A DNA stretch of 63,075 bases, filler included, from Rhabdomonas costata (lineage: Eukaryota): the NCBI GenBank assembly GCA_019059605.1. It is 40 parts of 40 records of this genome, joined end to end, with 100 filler letters (N's around TTAATTAATTAA, not from the genome) between each part and the next. Parts side by side here need not be neighbours in the genome. Positions count along the whole stretch, not along the records: positions 50,552 to 52,030 come from JAHMHO010014884.1; positions 52,131 to 53,609 come from JAHMHO010014885.1; positions 53,710 to 55,188 come from JAHMHO010014886.1; positions 55,289 to 56,758 come from JAHMHO010014887.1; positions 56,859 to 58,337 come from JAHMHO010014888.1; positions 58,438 to 59,917 come from JAHMHO010014889.1; positions 60,018 to 61,496 come from JAHMHO010014890.1; positions 61,597 to 63,075 come from JAHMHO010014891.1; 32 more parts are not named here. The stretch is one strand, 5' to 3'. Made by a program: the position numbers and the translations under genes. How positions within the stretch are numbered: position 1 is the stretch's first letter; every line of letters begins with the position of its first letter. The notes under the pieces are model-generated. The model saw only the letters and a list, made by a program, of their open reading frames with translations. It did not search any database and was not told the origin of the DNA. Positions 50,552 through 63,075 of this stretch are shown here, in pieces.

Positions 50552-50710
50552 TGTGGTGGGTGTGGTTGGTTGGTTGGGGGTCGTATTGAGGTCGAATGTT
50601 GCATTGAGGTCGAGTGTTGCATTGAGGTTAAGCAGTGTTGGGCCAACCCCGATTGAAGCCCCGCCAAGCAGGAGAAGTGACAGTACTATAAAATAAGGAA
50701 GTGCATGCAT
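50552..50710 (-). CDS. Possible secreted protein N-terminus with an 18-bp coding tandem repeat
   Basis: MHALPYFIVLSLLLLGGASIG...NLNATLDLNATFDLNTT; repeat unit attgaggtcgartgttgc at ~50585-50628. Confidence 0.4.
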
Positions 50711-52143
50711 GAAAAGATGCCTGGGTCATCAGCCAGGGACGGCCGCATTAGAGCCGGAAAGACAAACAGTGGCTGCGAGCACACACACATACATGCACGC
50801 GGTGTTTTTTCTGCTGTGATTGTGTGGGATTCGTTGAATTGTTCAATGTAGATGACGCCGAACATTCAACACCGAAAACCCCAAGGGGACACATATCATA
50901 CGCACAGATCAAATACACGCCGCGCTTAAAAACGCAACTCCTTAACTCCTTCCTGGACAGTGCATTCTTTAACGGCCTAAAGCAAACAAGTACACGTTTT
51001 TTTTCCACCGCCACAGGTGGTGATGGTCAATATTGGATTAACGGTTAAGCCGGTATACAGTTCGTTGTCATTTCAGCCACCTTGCTACGGCCGCCGTGGC
51101 GGTGGCCTCCTCCCCATAGCTGTTCCATTGGTCTACGAAATATCACGAACAAATACCTCTGGAAACGATTGCCATTTGAAAGCGTTGCCACTGGTACAGA
51201 TGAAGATAAAATCCCAACCAAACACCAAAAAAGGTATAATAGTTTGCATGTATTCATACCGGCAAAATCCGGAAGCTCCTGCAGTGCGGAACATGCATTT
51301 CAGCTGCTCAAACAATTTTATGTAAGAAACCACATTATGTTGTGAGCATGTCAAAAAAAATAATAGACATGCCTATCCCCACGCAATTGCTGAAAGACCC
51401 CAGTACGCGTAAAGATGACCAGTTTTTGCGCCGTGCCGTTCACCAATCGAAGCGTGAGGCAGCTGTCATTTAACACTGCACACTGCAAACGCACACAGGT
51501 GGAGATGTTCTTTCAGCACATACAATATCTGGTCGTCAAAAAGATCAAAAGACCCATCTGAAGATTGGCACCATTAGGCTGAGGTTTGTTCTTGACCGAA
51601 TCACCGCGATCCGCTGGGCGGGGCTGGTGGAGTGCTGCACTATAAGAATCGGTCCCAGATGGCTCACATCGGTACCAACCCCTCGGCGGCTGGAACGAAA
51701 GAGATCATCGGAGCCACAGCTGCAATCCCACAACTTGTTCGTGCGTGGGAAGGAAACTTCACAGCGGGCAGGGCATCTTCCCCACCACCACGGCAATCGT
51801 TGTGCATATCGCAGACAATGTTCCCGGAATCTCTCCTAAAAGCACAGGACAGGAGACGGGCTACAGAGAAAGACAAGGAAAAAAGCAGCACGGGTCCCCC
51901 CGGGCCAAAACTTTCGTCAATGTAACAAGGGATCATCGTTCAGCCATGGAGGGGGGGGGGGCAAGTCAATGAGCACACCAGCGACGTGCTCCTCCAAAAC
52001 CTCCTCCAGGCTCTCCTCCCCCGCACGGCTNNNNNNNNNNNNNNNNNNNNNNNNNNNNNNNNNNNNNNNNNNNNTTAATTAATTAANNNNNNNNNNNNNN
52101 NNNNNNNNNNNNNNNNNNNNNNNNNNNNNNACTGCTTGAACAG

Positions 52144-52740
52144 ATTTCCAGCGTGCTGTATGGTGCCGCGGTGAATGTTGGTTCTGGGTGTTGCCTTTCT
52201 AGCATTTGCAGCGCAGCAACACTAGGGAAGCCAAGCAACGGAGAATTGGTCAATGAGACGCAGCAGGTGATGCATGGGGGCCTGCACGGCGACACCGTGT
52301 TCTGCCGGCCCATCGTTACCAACACGGGCCAGCTGGTGACGAATGGCACCTGCCTGGAGGATTCTGTGTTGCTGAGCATGACATGGCTGCCCTCCGCCGC
52401 GGTAGCTGCATTTGGGATATACTGTTGCAAACCTTTTTTTTTCCGTTTGTTTTTGTTATTCTGGTTGCACTCCGTTTATGTCACCCCGTCGTCACCTTCT
52501 AAGCGTTCCGAAAGGCGTGAGGCCCGAAAATCCCTATGCACGCTGGCTTTTTGGGGCCTGCAAAACCTTTCATTAGTTAATCTTCATTTGGGTTGTTCCC
52601 CCACTCCGCCCGTTCTTCTGGCCGCTTCACACAGATCGACCATGGGCTGTGGGTCCTGCCCAGCCGATTCTGCGAGGCCGGATGGTTTGGCTTCTGGAAC
52701 ACTTCCTCCCTCTCGGTGAGCTGCCAGCTCTGCCCCGGAG
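52144..52740 (+). CDS. Cys-rich surface protein fragment (ephrin-receptor-like/GCC-type C..CP.G repeat), exons 52144-52401 and 52635-52740
   Basis: Phase-0 GT-AG join; second exon IDHGLWVLPSRFCEAGWFGFWNTSSLSVSCQLCPG|G. Confidence 0.6.
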
Positions 52741-55700
52741 GTAGACCGCGCGGCAACCCGCCCCTCACCATTCTCCTTGTGTGTGTCAGTATTAATTGGG
52801 ACTTGAAGATTGAGGATCTGGATAGGGTAAGGGAGCCCGAGTAGCCTTATTGGTGGCTGCGAATTTGGCGGATTTGCACACCCCCAGCTCGGCGGTAGGA
52901 CCATCACGTAAAACATCCTCCTGGTCAATACCGCGAAGAGTGCCAATTCATCGGCACAAATTAGTGCTTTTTAATAACCGCAGGAGGTTCTCTTCTCTCT
53001 TAGAGGGCGGCTGCATGCTCCCTGAACTCTCGCACTGCGGGGTTGGTGTTTGTCCTGGTGTACGGTGCCGCGTAGGGGGAGGTGCCGATGAGGGTGATTG
53101 GACCGGGTGGTGTCCCGTCCGTGCCAAGGCTGAAATGTGTGATTCGCAGCGAACTCAATTGTACTCTAACCCAAAGCGCATGGTTGTGAATTTGTTGTAC
53201 CCGTGCTCGGACGTCTGATCATCATCATTCACTTTCCCTATCTCTCTTCCTTTTTGACGCCTGGAACTCGGATGCGGATGTGGCAAATATTAGTGATTGG
53301 CAGAAATCTTCGTTTCTGGTATAAAAGCAGTGACACAGTAAACACCGACAATGGTTTCGGTATTTTCTTCCTTGCTCCCCTCATCGCAATCGAACCCATC
53401 AATACCCTGGTTACTCCAGCAGTACTTTTCAGTGGGGTTTTGGAAGGTGAAGGCCAAGACTTACGCGAAGCACGCACGGAGAGGTTGAGTAACAAAACGC
53501 CTGGCTCCGCGGCTTCGGCGTTGACTACCTTTCACGCAGTTTTGCCTTTTTTTAACGTTATTTGTAACGTTATTTATGCAGGGCTTCTCCCCGTTCCCCA
53601 CCCACCACCNNNNNNNNNNNNNNNNNNNNNNNNNNNNNNNNNNNNNNNNNNNNTTAATTAATTAANNNNNNNNNNNNNNNNNNNNNNNNNNNNNNNNNNN
53701 NNNNNNNNNCCCCATTCGGGTGTGTGTGCGGGTATTTGTGTGACTACTACATCTTCATTTAGTTGCCAAAATGATTGAGTACAATAAATCAGTATCAAGC
53801 CCAATTTCGAAGGGCAGTGCCCTGCTGCCCCTTCCCTTGTCTCTCAAGTGTGCTGCCTTTCTGAATCGCCTGTGGCTTTTGCATCATGTATTTTCTCGTT
53901 GTCTCCGAAATGGGATCTGAGCTGAGTGGGAAGTTACTGCGAAAGATTGCGGCGAAGAGCAGAATGACCACAGATAAGTTTTGATGGTGTTTGTGAACTG
54001 AACAACGGCCATTTTTCAACTCTTTTGGAAATTCTCTCGGCCTCGAGTTCTCGTCTCGGCCATACCTTTTTTCATGAAATACGTCTCCCTGGCCTTGCCA
54101 CAAGTTTTTGCATCTTCTTATGTGAAGAGGCGCTCCGCCTGTCCCGTGAGGTCGCCCCACCACCTGTGGTGCGGTGTCCCAGGCGTGGAGTAAAAGAAGA
54201 GGGCACAAGTTGAGAAAGGCATAGGAGGGCCGCACCTGCGCATCGAGGGCCACTTGTACCCCAAAGCTTCCTTTCCCCTAGGCCTCTCTTTTAAATCGGC
54301 CACTTCTTTGTATTTGTGAAACGTCCAGCGGCCTGTGTAAGGCTTTTGCCTTTTGTGCGTGCCCCCTGTGCCATTTCTTTTCGTCCTCTGGGAAGGAAGT
54401 GGTTTTGTGAAGCCACCCACCTTCGCACCTGTAAGAGACTGTGAAAGGACGGAGGCATTCCGTCGCATCCATCACTCTGTGAGTCAGCTGGCCTTTCTCG
54501 ACACCACAACCTCATTGATTGCCCCTCTAGGGTTGTCAGTTGACGTTAGCTGACCTTTCTGTGTGTCACAAGCAGCCCGTGGCTCATCCGGGGCTGTGGT
54601 CTGCCTCTCGTTGTTCTTGCTATTTCCCCTCTTGGGAAGGTCTTCTTAGCGAACTTCCCTCCCTCTGCTCCCGGTGTTTGGCTCCTGTGCGTTGCACAAG
54701 CCGGACTGCAGCGAGTTAGCTGTGTGCGTGTCTCGATGTTGTCTTTGGATAGAGGCAAGTCGAGACCGCCGCAAGGTTTCCACAAACTGGTTTCTCATTC
54801 TTCTTGAAGCCGTCGCCATTTAAACCTTTCATCCTTCCGTAAAGATTATCTAATTGCTTTACATTTCTTGCCAGCAACCTAAGTATGCGCGTTTTTATAC
54901 AGCTGTAACTAAGCACCTGAAGCCTTTGATCGGTGTGGAGGGTGTAAATGTTGTCTCGACCTTCGAATGACTAGTGGTGATGGTAAGGGCAACAGCCGGG
55001 GGTGGGAATAAACAGGTCAGGGGCCTTGTAGATTTGTGAGAGGGGAAGAAGGGCGGGTGCCTGGCTCGTGTACCGCAAAATCAATGAATCCAACCTGGAA
55101 CCGCCCTTAACCTCTAATGCTCCGGCGTGGCTCGCGGTCAGCGACCTACCCGGGGGCCCTGATAGACCGCTTCTGCCAACCCACCACCNNNNNNNNNNNN
55201 NNNNNNNNNNNNNNNNNNNNNNNNNNNNNNNNTTAATTAATTAANNNNNNNNNNNNNNNNNNNNNNNNNNNNNNNNNNNNNNNNNNNNGTGGGGGGGGGT
55301 GGTGGATTCCTGGGCCCCACCTGCGTGAAATTCCCTACTCTCAGGAGGGCGCCCAAGGGATGGACCTCAGATAGGGTGCGGGTTGCGGTGACCGGTGGTA
55401 ACACCCTAAATGTCGTACTACCCAATGTCCACACGTAGGTTAATTAATAAAAAAGATGATGATGATGATGCTACGGAAATCCAAGGGTGGAAGAAGTCTC
55501 AGGCATAATGGGAAAGACATCCCCTATTCAACACCATGGCATACCTACCTATTCCCCGAATGCACCGCTAAACTTTCCATTCAACCATTGTGGTTTTCTA
55601 CTATGTTGGGACTATTACAAACCGTCCATGAGGACTTTGCCGCCTCAACCCGTCCGCTCCGCCCAACTCCTAAGCGTCTTGCGATGAGCCTTGCCCACAG

Positions 55701-57324
55701 TTTCGCCCTTGAACCGAAACTCTATTCACTTGAACCACGAGGAAAGTTAATCTTGCGCCAGTAGATAAGTGAGGCGCGTGGTGAGATTCGCTTTGCACTA
55801 AGATTTCTGTTACGATAATTTACCGTCACTCTCCCCTCCCTCTCCAAGGTCACTGACGCCTGAAAAGGGCGGGAAAGGAGGTGAGGGTGCATCTTACCTT
55901 TGTACTTCCATAAAAGGAAGCACTGGGAAGGCGATCTATAGGAAAAGGAGAAGGAGAGAGATGCTTGAGCTCTTCCTTAGGTTGGCTCTTCAGTATGTTT
56001 GTGTCAAAGCCCCTTAGTATCTGCTTTGTTCGAGTGCTACGTCTTTTGGCCTTCTTAGGCCCAACTGGAGGGCCAAAAGACAACGGCACGGGCGGGGTGG
56101 AATCCTGTCGTTCGACGGGAAGGAATGGTCGGGTCGAGGGACGGATTTCCATTTTTGGCTTTCAAACGAGCGATGGAAGAAGTGATGGATGTGCGCGCGC
56201 ACTGCTTTGGCACTGCCTGTGTGCTTCCCGTTGGAACCACCAGCAACTGTATTCCCCAAAAGAAGAGGAAGAAGGGAAGTCTTCGTCGTCGTGGTGACGG
56301 GCGTGATTGGTGCTCATGTGGTTTATCTCCCACTCCCTTTCCGTTCTCAAAGTTGAGCGAGTCAGATTTAGGAATTATGGCTTTTATCGATAATATCGCC
56401 ATGGAAATGTTTATTTCCCCCACCCAGGAAATGGTCAGTGATCGCTTGCCAATTATTATGAGCGGGCACGACGGATAACCGGATTACGGTTAAGCGCGTT
56501 GAACGGTGAGGTGTCAAAATAAGACTTTGGAATTGCGGTACCTTTCCGCGGTATTTCTGGTGGGTTCGAGAGGCGGACTTTGGGCGGCGACTTTGCCCTA
56601 AGGGCGATGAACGATTCCCGTGGACATGCGCGACGCACCCGCTGGGGGGTTCTCCATTGGCCAAACCCACCAGCGTAATTTGCACCGCACCGCTTAACAC
56701 CCCCGCCCAAAAAATTTACCCTGTAAAGAGCCGCCTTGGTCACAGACACCCAACACAANNNNNNNNNNNNNNNNNNNNNNNNNNNNNNNNNNNNNNNNNN
56801 NNTTAATTAATTAANNNNNNNNNNNNNNNNNNNNNNNNNNNNNNNNNNNNNNNNNNNNGTGGTTGGGGGGGTGGGGTGGGGGTTTCGTCCCTGAATTCTG
56901 GTGCTTGTTTTGAGTTTCGCGTTTTATCTTCAGCCTTCAAGATTCGTACACCTTAGCTCCGGGTGCGCCTTAGCTCAGGGTTCCTCGAAGCCTGTGTTGG
57001 GGCCCCTCGGATTTGGTTTTCCGTCTCCATTCACTGCATTAAAGCCGCGATGATGCTGATGCACAAATGAAAACCACACTTCGGTCCAGTTTCAGGGGAC
57101 CAATATCACGACCAATATCATTGCGGTGAAATCCTTTCTGCCCATAACATTTCTTGAGCTGAGCGCAAAACAGAAGCCGAAAAACCTACAGCTGGTGCTG
57201 CGAGCCAAACGCGGCTGACAGTCTTATAAACCGCATACCACCACTGTAAAGTTCATCTGCGGCTTCTCCTTGTGTGGTTCACTTAACGTGGCTGTGAATT
57301 AAGAAGGGAATCATCCCTTCATAC

Positions 57325-58325
57325 GACTCTCTCAGGGTTTTTTCCACTGAGACCATGTGCATGTTGGAGGGACAAAGAGGCACTGCCATCGAGACTGCAG
57401 CAAGGGCCTGAGTCGGATTGCCGGCCATGAGGTACAGCTTCGCGAGGTGGAAGAGGTATGCTACGTTAGATTTGGGGTAGGCCTTGCACCCCTCACGCAA
57501 GAAGTGCATACCTGCAGAAAACGCGCATGCACACAAACACACACCCAAACACGGGATGAGGATTCCGAAAAGGCCAACATACACCAGCTGCCGCAGGTTG
57601 GAATGGTGATGGTGGGGAGAGAATGCGGAACGATTACTGCCCCCACCACACCGTCGTTTCTGCCGCGTGATCCAATCTATCGGAGTCATTCTTTTTCGGG
57701 CCAGTCTGATTCAAAACTCATGGCTACAGCTGTGCCGCTGAAAACAACACCGCCTTTTCCTGAGGTCCTGGTGTGGAGGATGGAATAGTCTTAATTAAAA
57801 AGTTAATGTGTGCCTACCTGAAATCCAGCCACACCCTCCTAAACGAAATTGGGTCTTCGCGATGGAGAACCTGGTGTTTCTTCCTGGCAACTCGCGCAAC
57901 AACGCGTAATAATGGCATTGGTGGCATCACTTTCAGTAATGGTGCACGGGGTCATGCGTCCACAGAAACCACACCGAGATCGGAGAAGTTGCGGAAGTAT
58001 TCCGGGGGTGCGGTTAGCTGCTGGATAAGGAACCGCGCCACCAGAAGGTCCACCGTCTCCCCACTAACAGAGGAAGGCACCAGCTCCACCACCGTCTTCC
58101 GCAGCTCATCAGCTGGAGTGCGGCGGTCGGCCAGAGCCTTTTGGTTTTTGTCGTGGGTAAATGTAAAAGGGACCACAACTTTACAGAGATCAATTAGCAA
58201 TACCGGCTTTACAGTGGCCTTCGGAAGGGTGGAAGAGACATGGAGGTTGAAGGCATACCAACGCGGAGGTGTGCAATGCGAAACAACAAACTCTGACGAA
58301 AACTGCTGGCGGTGGTAGTAGCCGC
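57325..58325 (-). CDS. TPR-containing protein fragment, exons ~58325-57975 and 57511-~57325
   Basis: Phase-1 GT-AG intron; ...FRNFSDL|GMHFLREGCKAYPKSNVAYLFHLAKLYLMAGNPTQALAAVSMAVPLCPSN fits the TPR consensus. Confidence 0.6.
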
Positions 58326-58513
58326 TTCCAAACCACANNNNNNNNNNNNNNNNNNNNNNNNNNNNNNNNNNNNNNNNNNNNTTAATTAATTAANNNNNNN
58401 NNNNNNNNNNNNNNNNNNNNNNNNNNNNNNNNNNNNNGTTGTTGAGCAGTGTCGAAACCTAACCTCCATCGCGGACTCAGATGACCCCGCCCTCGCCTTG
58501 GGTGATTTCTCAG

Positions 58514-58801
58514 ATGACTCGGGTCCGCAAACTGCTGAACATCCTGGGCCGGCGGGCAGTGATGAACAAGATCCTCATCGTGGGGATCATCCTGATTTTG
58601 ATCCTGGTCATCTTCCTGGTGGTGTACTTCAAGTGGGTGAAGCCCAACCTCAGCTCTTCCTCCTCCTCCGACCCCGCTCCGGGGCCCACACCGCCCTCTC
58701 CCGTCACGAACTCCACTCAAGCGCCGGAGTTTCGGGCCCTTGGGGTGGTGCTGCGGCAGGTCGTCGGGGGTGCCCGGCTACGTGGGCTTCCCCCGCAGTG
58801 A
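58514..58801 (+). CDS. VTI1: Last exon of a VTI1-like Qb-SNARE
   Basis: CAG|MTRVRKLLNILGRRAVMNKILIVGIILILILVIFLVVYFKW: SNARE helix end (RK.L....RR...NK) plus TM anchor; TGA at 58799-58801. Confidence 0.7.
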   Translation: MTRVRKLLNILGRRAVMNKILIVGIILILILVIFLVVYFKWVKPNLSSSSSSDPAPGPTPPSPVTNSTQAPEFRALGVVLRQVVGGARLRGLPPQ

Positions 58802-59701
58802 AGGAGGCGACTGCCGTGGCTCTTTTGGAGCTGTGGTGAACCTACGAAGTCATTTGGAGCGGGGGTCCTCCAGACCACCTCCTTTCCTCTTCGCGCCAGC
58901 TGTGCACAGCGTGCGGATGTGTCTCTTGTCTTCCCTGGGGCATTGCTCTTACTTTTGGATGTGAGGTGGCTGTCAGATGGCTCACAGAGACGTTTTCGAG
59001 GGGGGCGTCTTTGGAGGAGCCATCGATCCCACTTCAATTCCACTTCCTCGTTTGTTGCCGGATTTCGGATGTGTTCCCCACTTTCCCAGCACTCCAGTTC
59101 CCTTCCAAAGGGCCGGGGTGGTGAGCACGAGGCGAGGCCGGTGCCCCCTTTTCTACGTTGTGAAAGAGGCGGGCTGGCTTAGGAAGCTGGCGCTAGTGTT
59201 TTGGTGGTCCCTCCCCTGCCCTTTCGGGTTCTCTTTTTTTTGTGGTGCTACGCGCGCGAGTTTCTGTGAATAGTTGTAGGTTGCGTGAGGAGTGGTTGGG
59301 GACCAACCGAGGGGTCGAGAGGTCCATTCCCCTCTCCTTCGGGACAGCGGGACTGTACTTTTGTGGGCCTCTTGTTCTGCACGTGGTTTTCAGGTTATTC
59401 CACCCAGGGCAGTGGGCATCCGGGAAACCCTAAACGGGGTGGAAATAGCAAGGGCTTGCCGCCGAAGGGAAGGGCCGTTTTGGCGGTTGTTGCAAGTTAA
59501 TGCGCGAAGCCTTGGGGAGAACCCGTTGAACAGCTGGAGGAGTGCATGCGGGTGCCTCCTCGTTGGTGTTATTCTCGTATTTGCTTAGGAACAGGCGAGC
59601 GAACATCTAGCACCAACGCGCAGCAAGAGTTGAAGCCAGCGCCTTCGAAAACTGACTCCGCGCATGGTGCCGCATCCCGCGAGGGCGATCGCGCGCGCAT
59701 G

Positions 59702-59729
59702 CACACACACACACACACACACACACACA
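59702..59729. repeat. (CA)14 microsatellite; similar (GT)n tracts at 1063-1080 and 14259-14282
   Basis: Direct reading. Confidence 0.95.
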
Positions 59730-60068
59730 AGGCAGTGCGTCAGGGCCAAGAGACCCAAGAGACCCGAGCGAAGCAAGGGCAGAAACAGAACGAAGCCCAG
59801 CAACCGCCGAACCATGCTTCGAACCAGGCAGTTTCCCGGTGTACACCTGGAGTGGATGGTATGGCGGAAACCCGTGGGAACATGAACTCGAGGAAATGCA
59901 GATCCGACCGGAAAAAANNNNNNNNNNNNNNNNNNNNNNNNNNNNNNNNNNNNNNNNNNNNTTAATTAATTAANNNNNNNNNNNNNNNNNNNNNNNNNNN
60001 NNNNNNNNNNNNNNNNNTCCATGTCTTCATGTTGACTCTCTTCCTGTGTCCTGTGTGTGTAACTGCAG

Positions 60069-60624
60069 GTTTAGCATGCTCCGCAACGAGGAGCGTGAGC
60101 GGCAGCGCGCGTCATGGGAGGAGGGGGTGCGGTCGGGCTTCTTGATCCCCATGGCCCACTTGCTCCCAGCGCAGGAGCTGCAAAGGAAGGAGCTGATGAC
60201 CCAGCAGAGCCAGGTGGGGTCAATGTTTTGTATCTTCTCCCTTTTCCACCTCGCCCAATACGTCCCTTTCTTCTTTCTTCTTTTCTTTCCTAATTTGCGT
60301 AAGTTCTGTATTGCGTACGTGGACTTTGACTCTAATGGAGATATCGGCCATGTGTTGTGCGTGCGTGCAGTGTATTGTTTTGGCACACCACCAGCAGCAC
60401 ACCCGGAGACAGCGATGCACTTCCGTAAATGCCTAGCTTTTTCTGTCCTGTGCTTATGCTCCTTGTTTTTTGCGTGCTTTGTCCAGGAGTTCATCGAGGA
60501 CGTGCTGTGGGGAATGGCCTTCCCGCTGGCCATCGGCTGTGCCCAGCACGGCAGCACCGTCATTCGCGACGAGGAGGAGGCCGAAAGGGCAGTGCTTTTT
60601 GCCAAGCACCTTGAGGAGCGCAAA
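60069..60624 (+). CDS. Glu/Arg-rich helical protein fragment, exons 60069-60213 and 60487-~60624
   Basis: FSMLRNEERERQRASWEE...QQSQ|EFIEDVLW...IRDEEEAERAVLF; phase-0 GT-AG intron. Confidence 0.6.
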
Positions 60625-61603
60625 GCTGCCGGTTCTGCTGCGTCGGCGTGCGTCGTGGTGTTGTTAACGTGATGTTGTCGCCCTTCGTTGGGATATCCCT
60701 TTGATTGCTGCAGTGGCGCGTTATGATGCCTGCTTCCCAAATCAGACTCCTAGTGATTTTCAGTTCCCACTGATAGTCACTGGAAGGTTCTGTTGGGGAG
60801 ATTGACGTTTACCGCTCTCTAAACCCCTGCCAGGCAACGAAACTGTTCCAGGGATTATTTCTCAGGTTTGTGTGTTCAGTATCATCAAGCGTGCATGTGC
60901 GCCTGTGGGGCACACGGCTCCCAACAGTGCACGCTGTGCGAGCATTTAGGCATGGCGAGAGTAGAGAGTAGAGCTGAAGCTGTCGTACTTAGGCAAGCCC
61001 CCCGCTATGCACTTGTATGGTTGCGACGAGGGAATGGGTGCGATGACTTTGAAGAGAGTGCGAGATGGGTTGCCTAGTCCTGCGGAAAGAACCCGGCAGA
61101 GCCCCCAGCGCGACTGAGACACCATGAATTGATCGGGGGAGAGGATTGGCAAGCAGAGCGGAAGAGCTGTCAAAGGGCAAGAACCCACAACAACACACCA
61201 CTCCATGTCTGCGCATTTTCGCTGTCCGAGTGCACACAGCAAGATTTTGCCTTTTTGAAGGCCAGCGGATGCTATTTCAACGACAGCGTGGTGTACTCCT
61301 GAGGTCTACCCTTGGGCATGCCATGCAGCCCCGGCCGAAAGATTATGCACACTGTGCAGGCCTGCAAAAAGGCCCAAAATGACCCGAAATCCCTCCAGAA
61401 CCAGGTACACAGGTGTACACAATAGTCCGAAGCTCATCTCAGGAGTCCTATCCCCCATATTATGAGACCACCACACACCCCAACCACACCCACCACNNNN
61501 NNNNNNNNNNNNNNNNNNNNNNNNNNNNNNNNNNNNNNNNTTAATTAATTAANNNNNNNNNNNNNNNNNNNNNNNNNNNNNNNNNNNNNNNNNNNNGTTG
61601 GTT

Positions 61604-61803
61604 GGTCGCATGAAAACTGGCAGCTGAACAACAGAAAAAGCAATCAAAAGATCTGATACAACGCACCGTCGACAAGGGAGAAAAAAGTGTTGCCACGTCA
61701 GGCTGCCGACGTTGGAACACTCTTTTCTCCCTTGTCGACGGTGGGTTGTATCAGATCTTTTGATTGCTTTTTCTGTTGTTCAGCTGCCAGTTTTCATGCG
61801 ACC
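61604..61803. repeat. 88-bp inverted repeat at contig start (probable fold-back)
   Basis: 61604-61691 versus 61716-61803 with two mismatches; begins 7 nt after the linker. Confidence 0.9.
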
Positions 61804-63075
61804 TACCGACCGAACGACTTCATTGGGCAGCAGCTGCGCAACTCAGCGTACCATTCTTTCATTCTCTCATGCGCGACTAACGGTTTTCGTTTTTTGGTTT
61901 GCTAACGCCACTTGCCAGCCAATGACATCCGTCGCTTTCATAGGAATCCTACCGCACAACCGGACTGAAGCTCTGTTGTGTTCACTGTGCTTACCTACCG
62001 AGTAGTGTAGTTAGCGTTAGCTTGACATTGGTGTAGGAAACTCCAAATTGCTCTCCATTTACCCCACACAAATCATCACCACCACCTCCTTTCACACAAT
62101 GCCAGCACATCACTTTGCCATTGTATACACACACACCAACTCAGCATGTAACTGTTCACTCTTTTCTTGTTGCTCCCAAGAAGCTTCTCTGCAATTCTTT
62201 GCCTCTCGTATTACCACCTGTCGTTCTTCGTGCACCACAGACACACTACATGCCCAACCAGCCGACCAAGTGGTGAAGTTCATGAACGTATAAAACCAGA
62301 GGCTATTCCTCCTACCCATGGTGAAATTTTGTATTCCCCATTTTGTGGAAGCTGTGGAAGTCCCATTTTGACGGCTGCAACTGAGGAAAGCCCACCGCAA
62401 CAATCTGCAGACCGGCACTGGGGGATGTGAACCGGTACCGAGTAGAAGGGTAGTGTAAAGTTTTACCTCGGGATATTGTAGGTTCACCCGTTCAGCGACA
62501 CCGCACACACCGTGCCGACCGTGTTTTTTCTCCTGCTTTTCTTTGTGCTACCCTGTTAATGCTCATTTCTGTTTTTCAGGAACTCCACGCCACTGCTGCA
62601 CTACCCTTCCGCGCGTGTGTGCTTGTTTGCTTGTCTTTCTGGTCTCCTCCTTAATTTTTGTACCAGCCTAAGTGCGGCCAACCGCCTCCAACCGGCCGTC
62701 AAGAAACGCCACAAACGGCAGTACACCAGCGAGCCAGTCAGATCATGTCGCCGCAGGAACAGCTCGCCTGATCCACTGATGCTCAAGAAGACCAGAACAC
62801 ACACATGCCCACGCACACACAAATGAACACTGCCCTTGACATCTGCACCTCTTTTTGCTGCACTTGTTGTGCCCTTTGCACCACGACTAACGGACTCTTT
62901 TGGCCACACCCTAACACACCCAGCTTCTGACATAAGTGGCCACTCACATTTTTCCGTGGCTTCTCCGCCCCTAGTCTGGGAGGGTGTGAAGGTCCTCCTA
63001 ATGTCAAAAACCGATCCTTCTCCACCAGGCCAAGGATCACTTCTTGACAGGAAACACATACTGAAAGTTTGCCAG

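Noticed and set aside
54150-55100. Decayed DIRS RT/MT on the minus strand (TFTPSTPI; EALGYKWP..SYAF)
   Set aside because: Only scattered 3-5 residue resemblances over several frames; no catalytic motif.

Overview
This is not one continuous locus. It is an artificial concatenation of 40 unrelated contigs of ~1.47-1.48 kb, joined by 39 identical 100-nt linkers (44 N + TTAATTAATTAA + 44 N), so neighbouring genes are not evidence of linkage. The DNA is from an intron-rich flagellated eukaryote. GC-rich exons, weak GT donors, frequent GC-AG introns, IFT172, BART, C4-pathway ALA synthase and an arginine-deiminase-like gene fit a euglenid best (inference). G/T-only contig starts, C/A-only contig ends and five end-anchored fold-backs point to whole-genome amplification. 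Recognisable gene fragments: short-chain acyl-CoA dehydrogenase, beta-helix protein, ARL2BP/BART, arginine-deiminase-like protein, HisKA kinase, sAC-like cyclase, ALAS, R-S-E ADP-ribosyltransferase, bacterial-type saccharopine-dehydrogenase-like oxidoreductase, RBR ligase, IFT172, SNF1/AMPK, PPR-like, DEAD-box helicase, TPR protein, VTI1-like SNARE and several surface proteins. Best candidate for an undescribed system: a multi-copy decayed retroelement family carrying a Dam-type N6-adenine methyltransferase. It lacks the upstream RNase H expected in DIRS elements and, in one copy, is followed by PPT+TGTAAC (LTR-start-like) signatures. All family calls come from motif recognition by eye; no searches were run.
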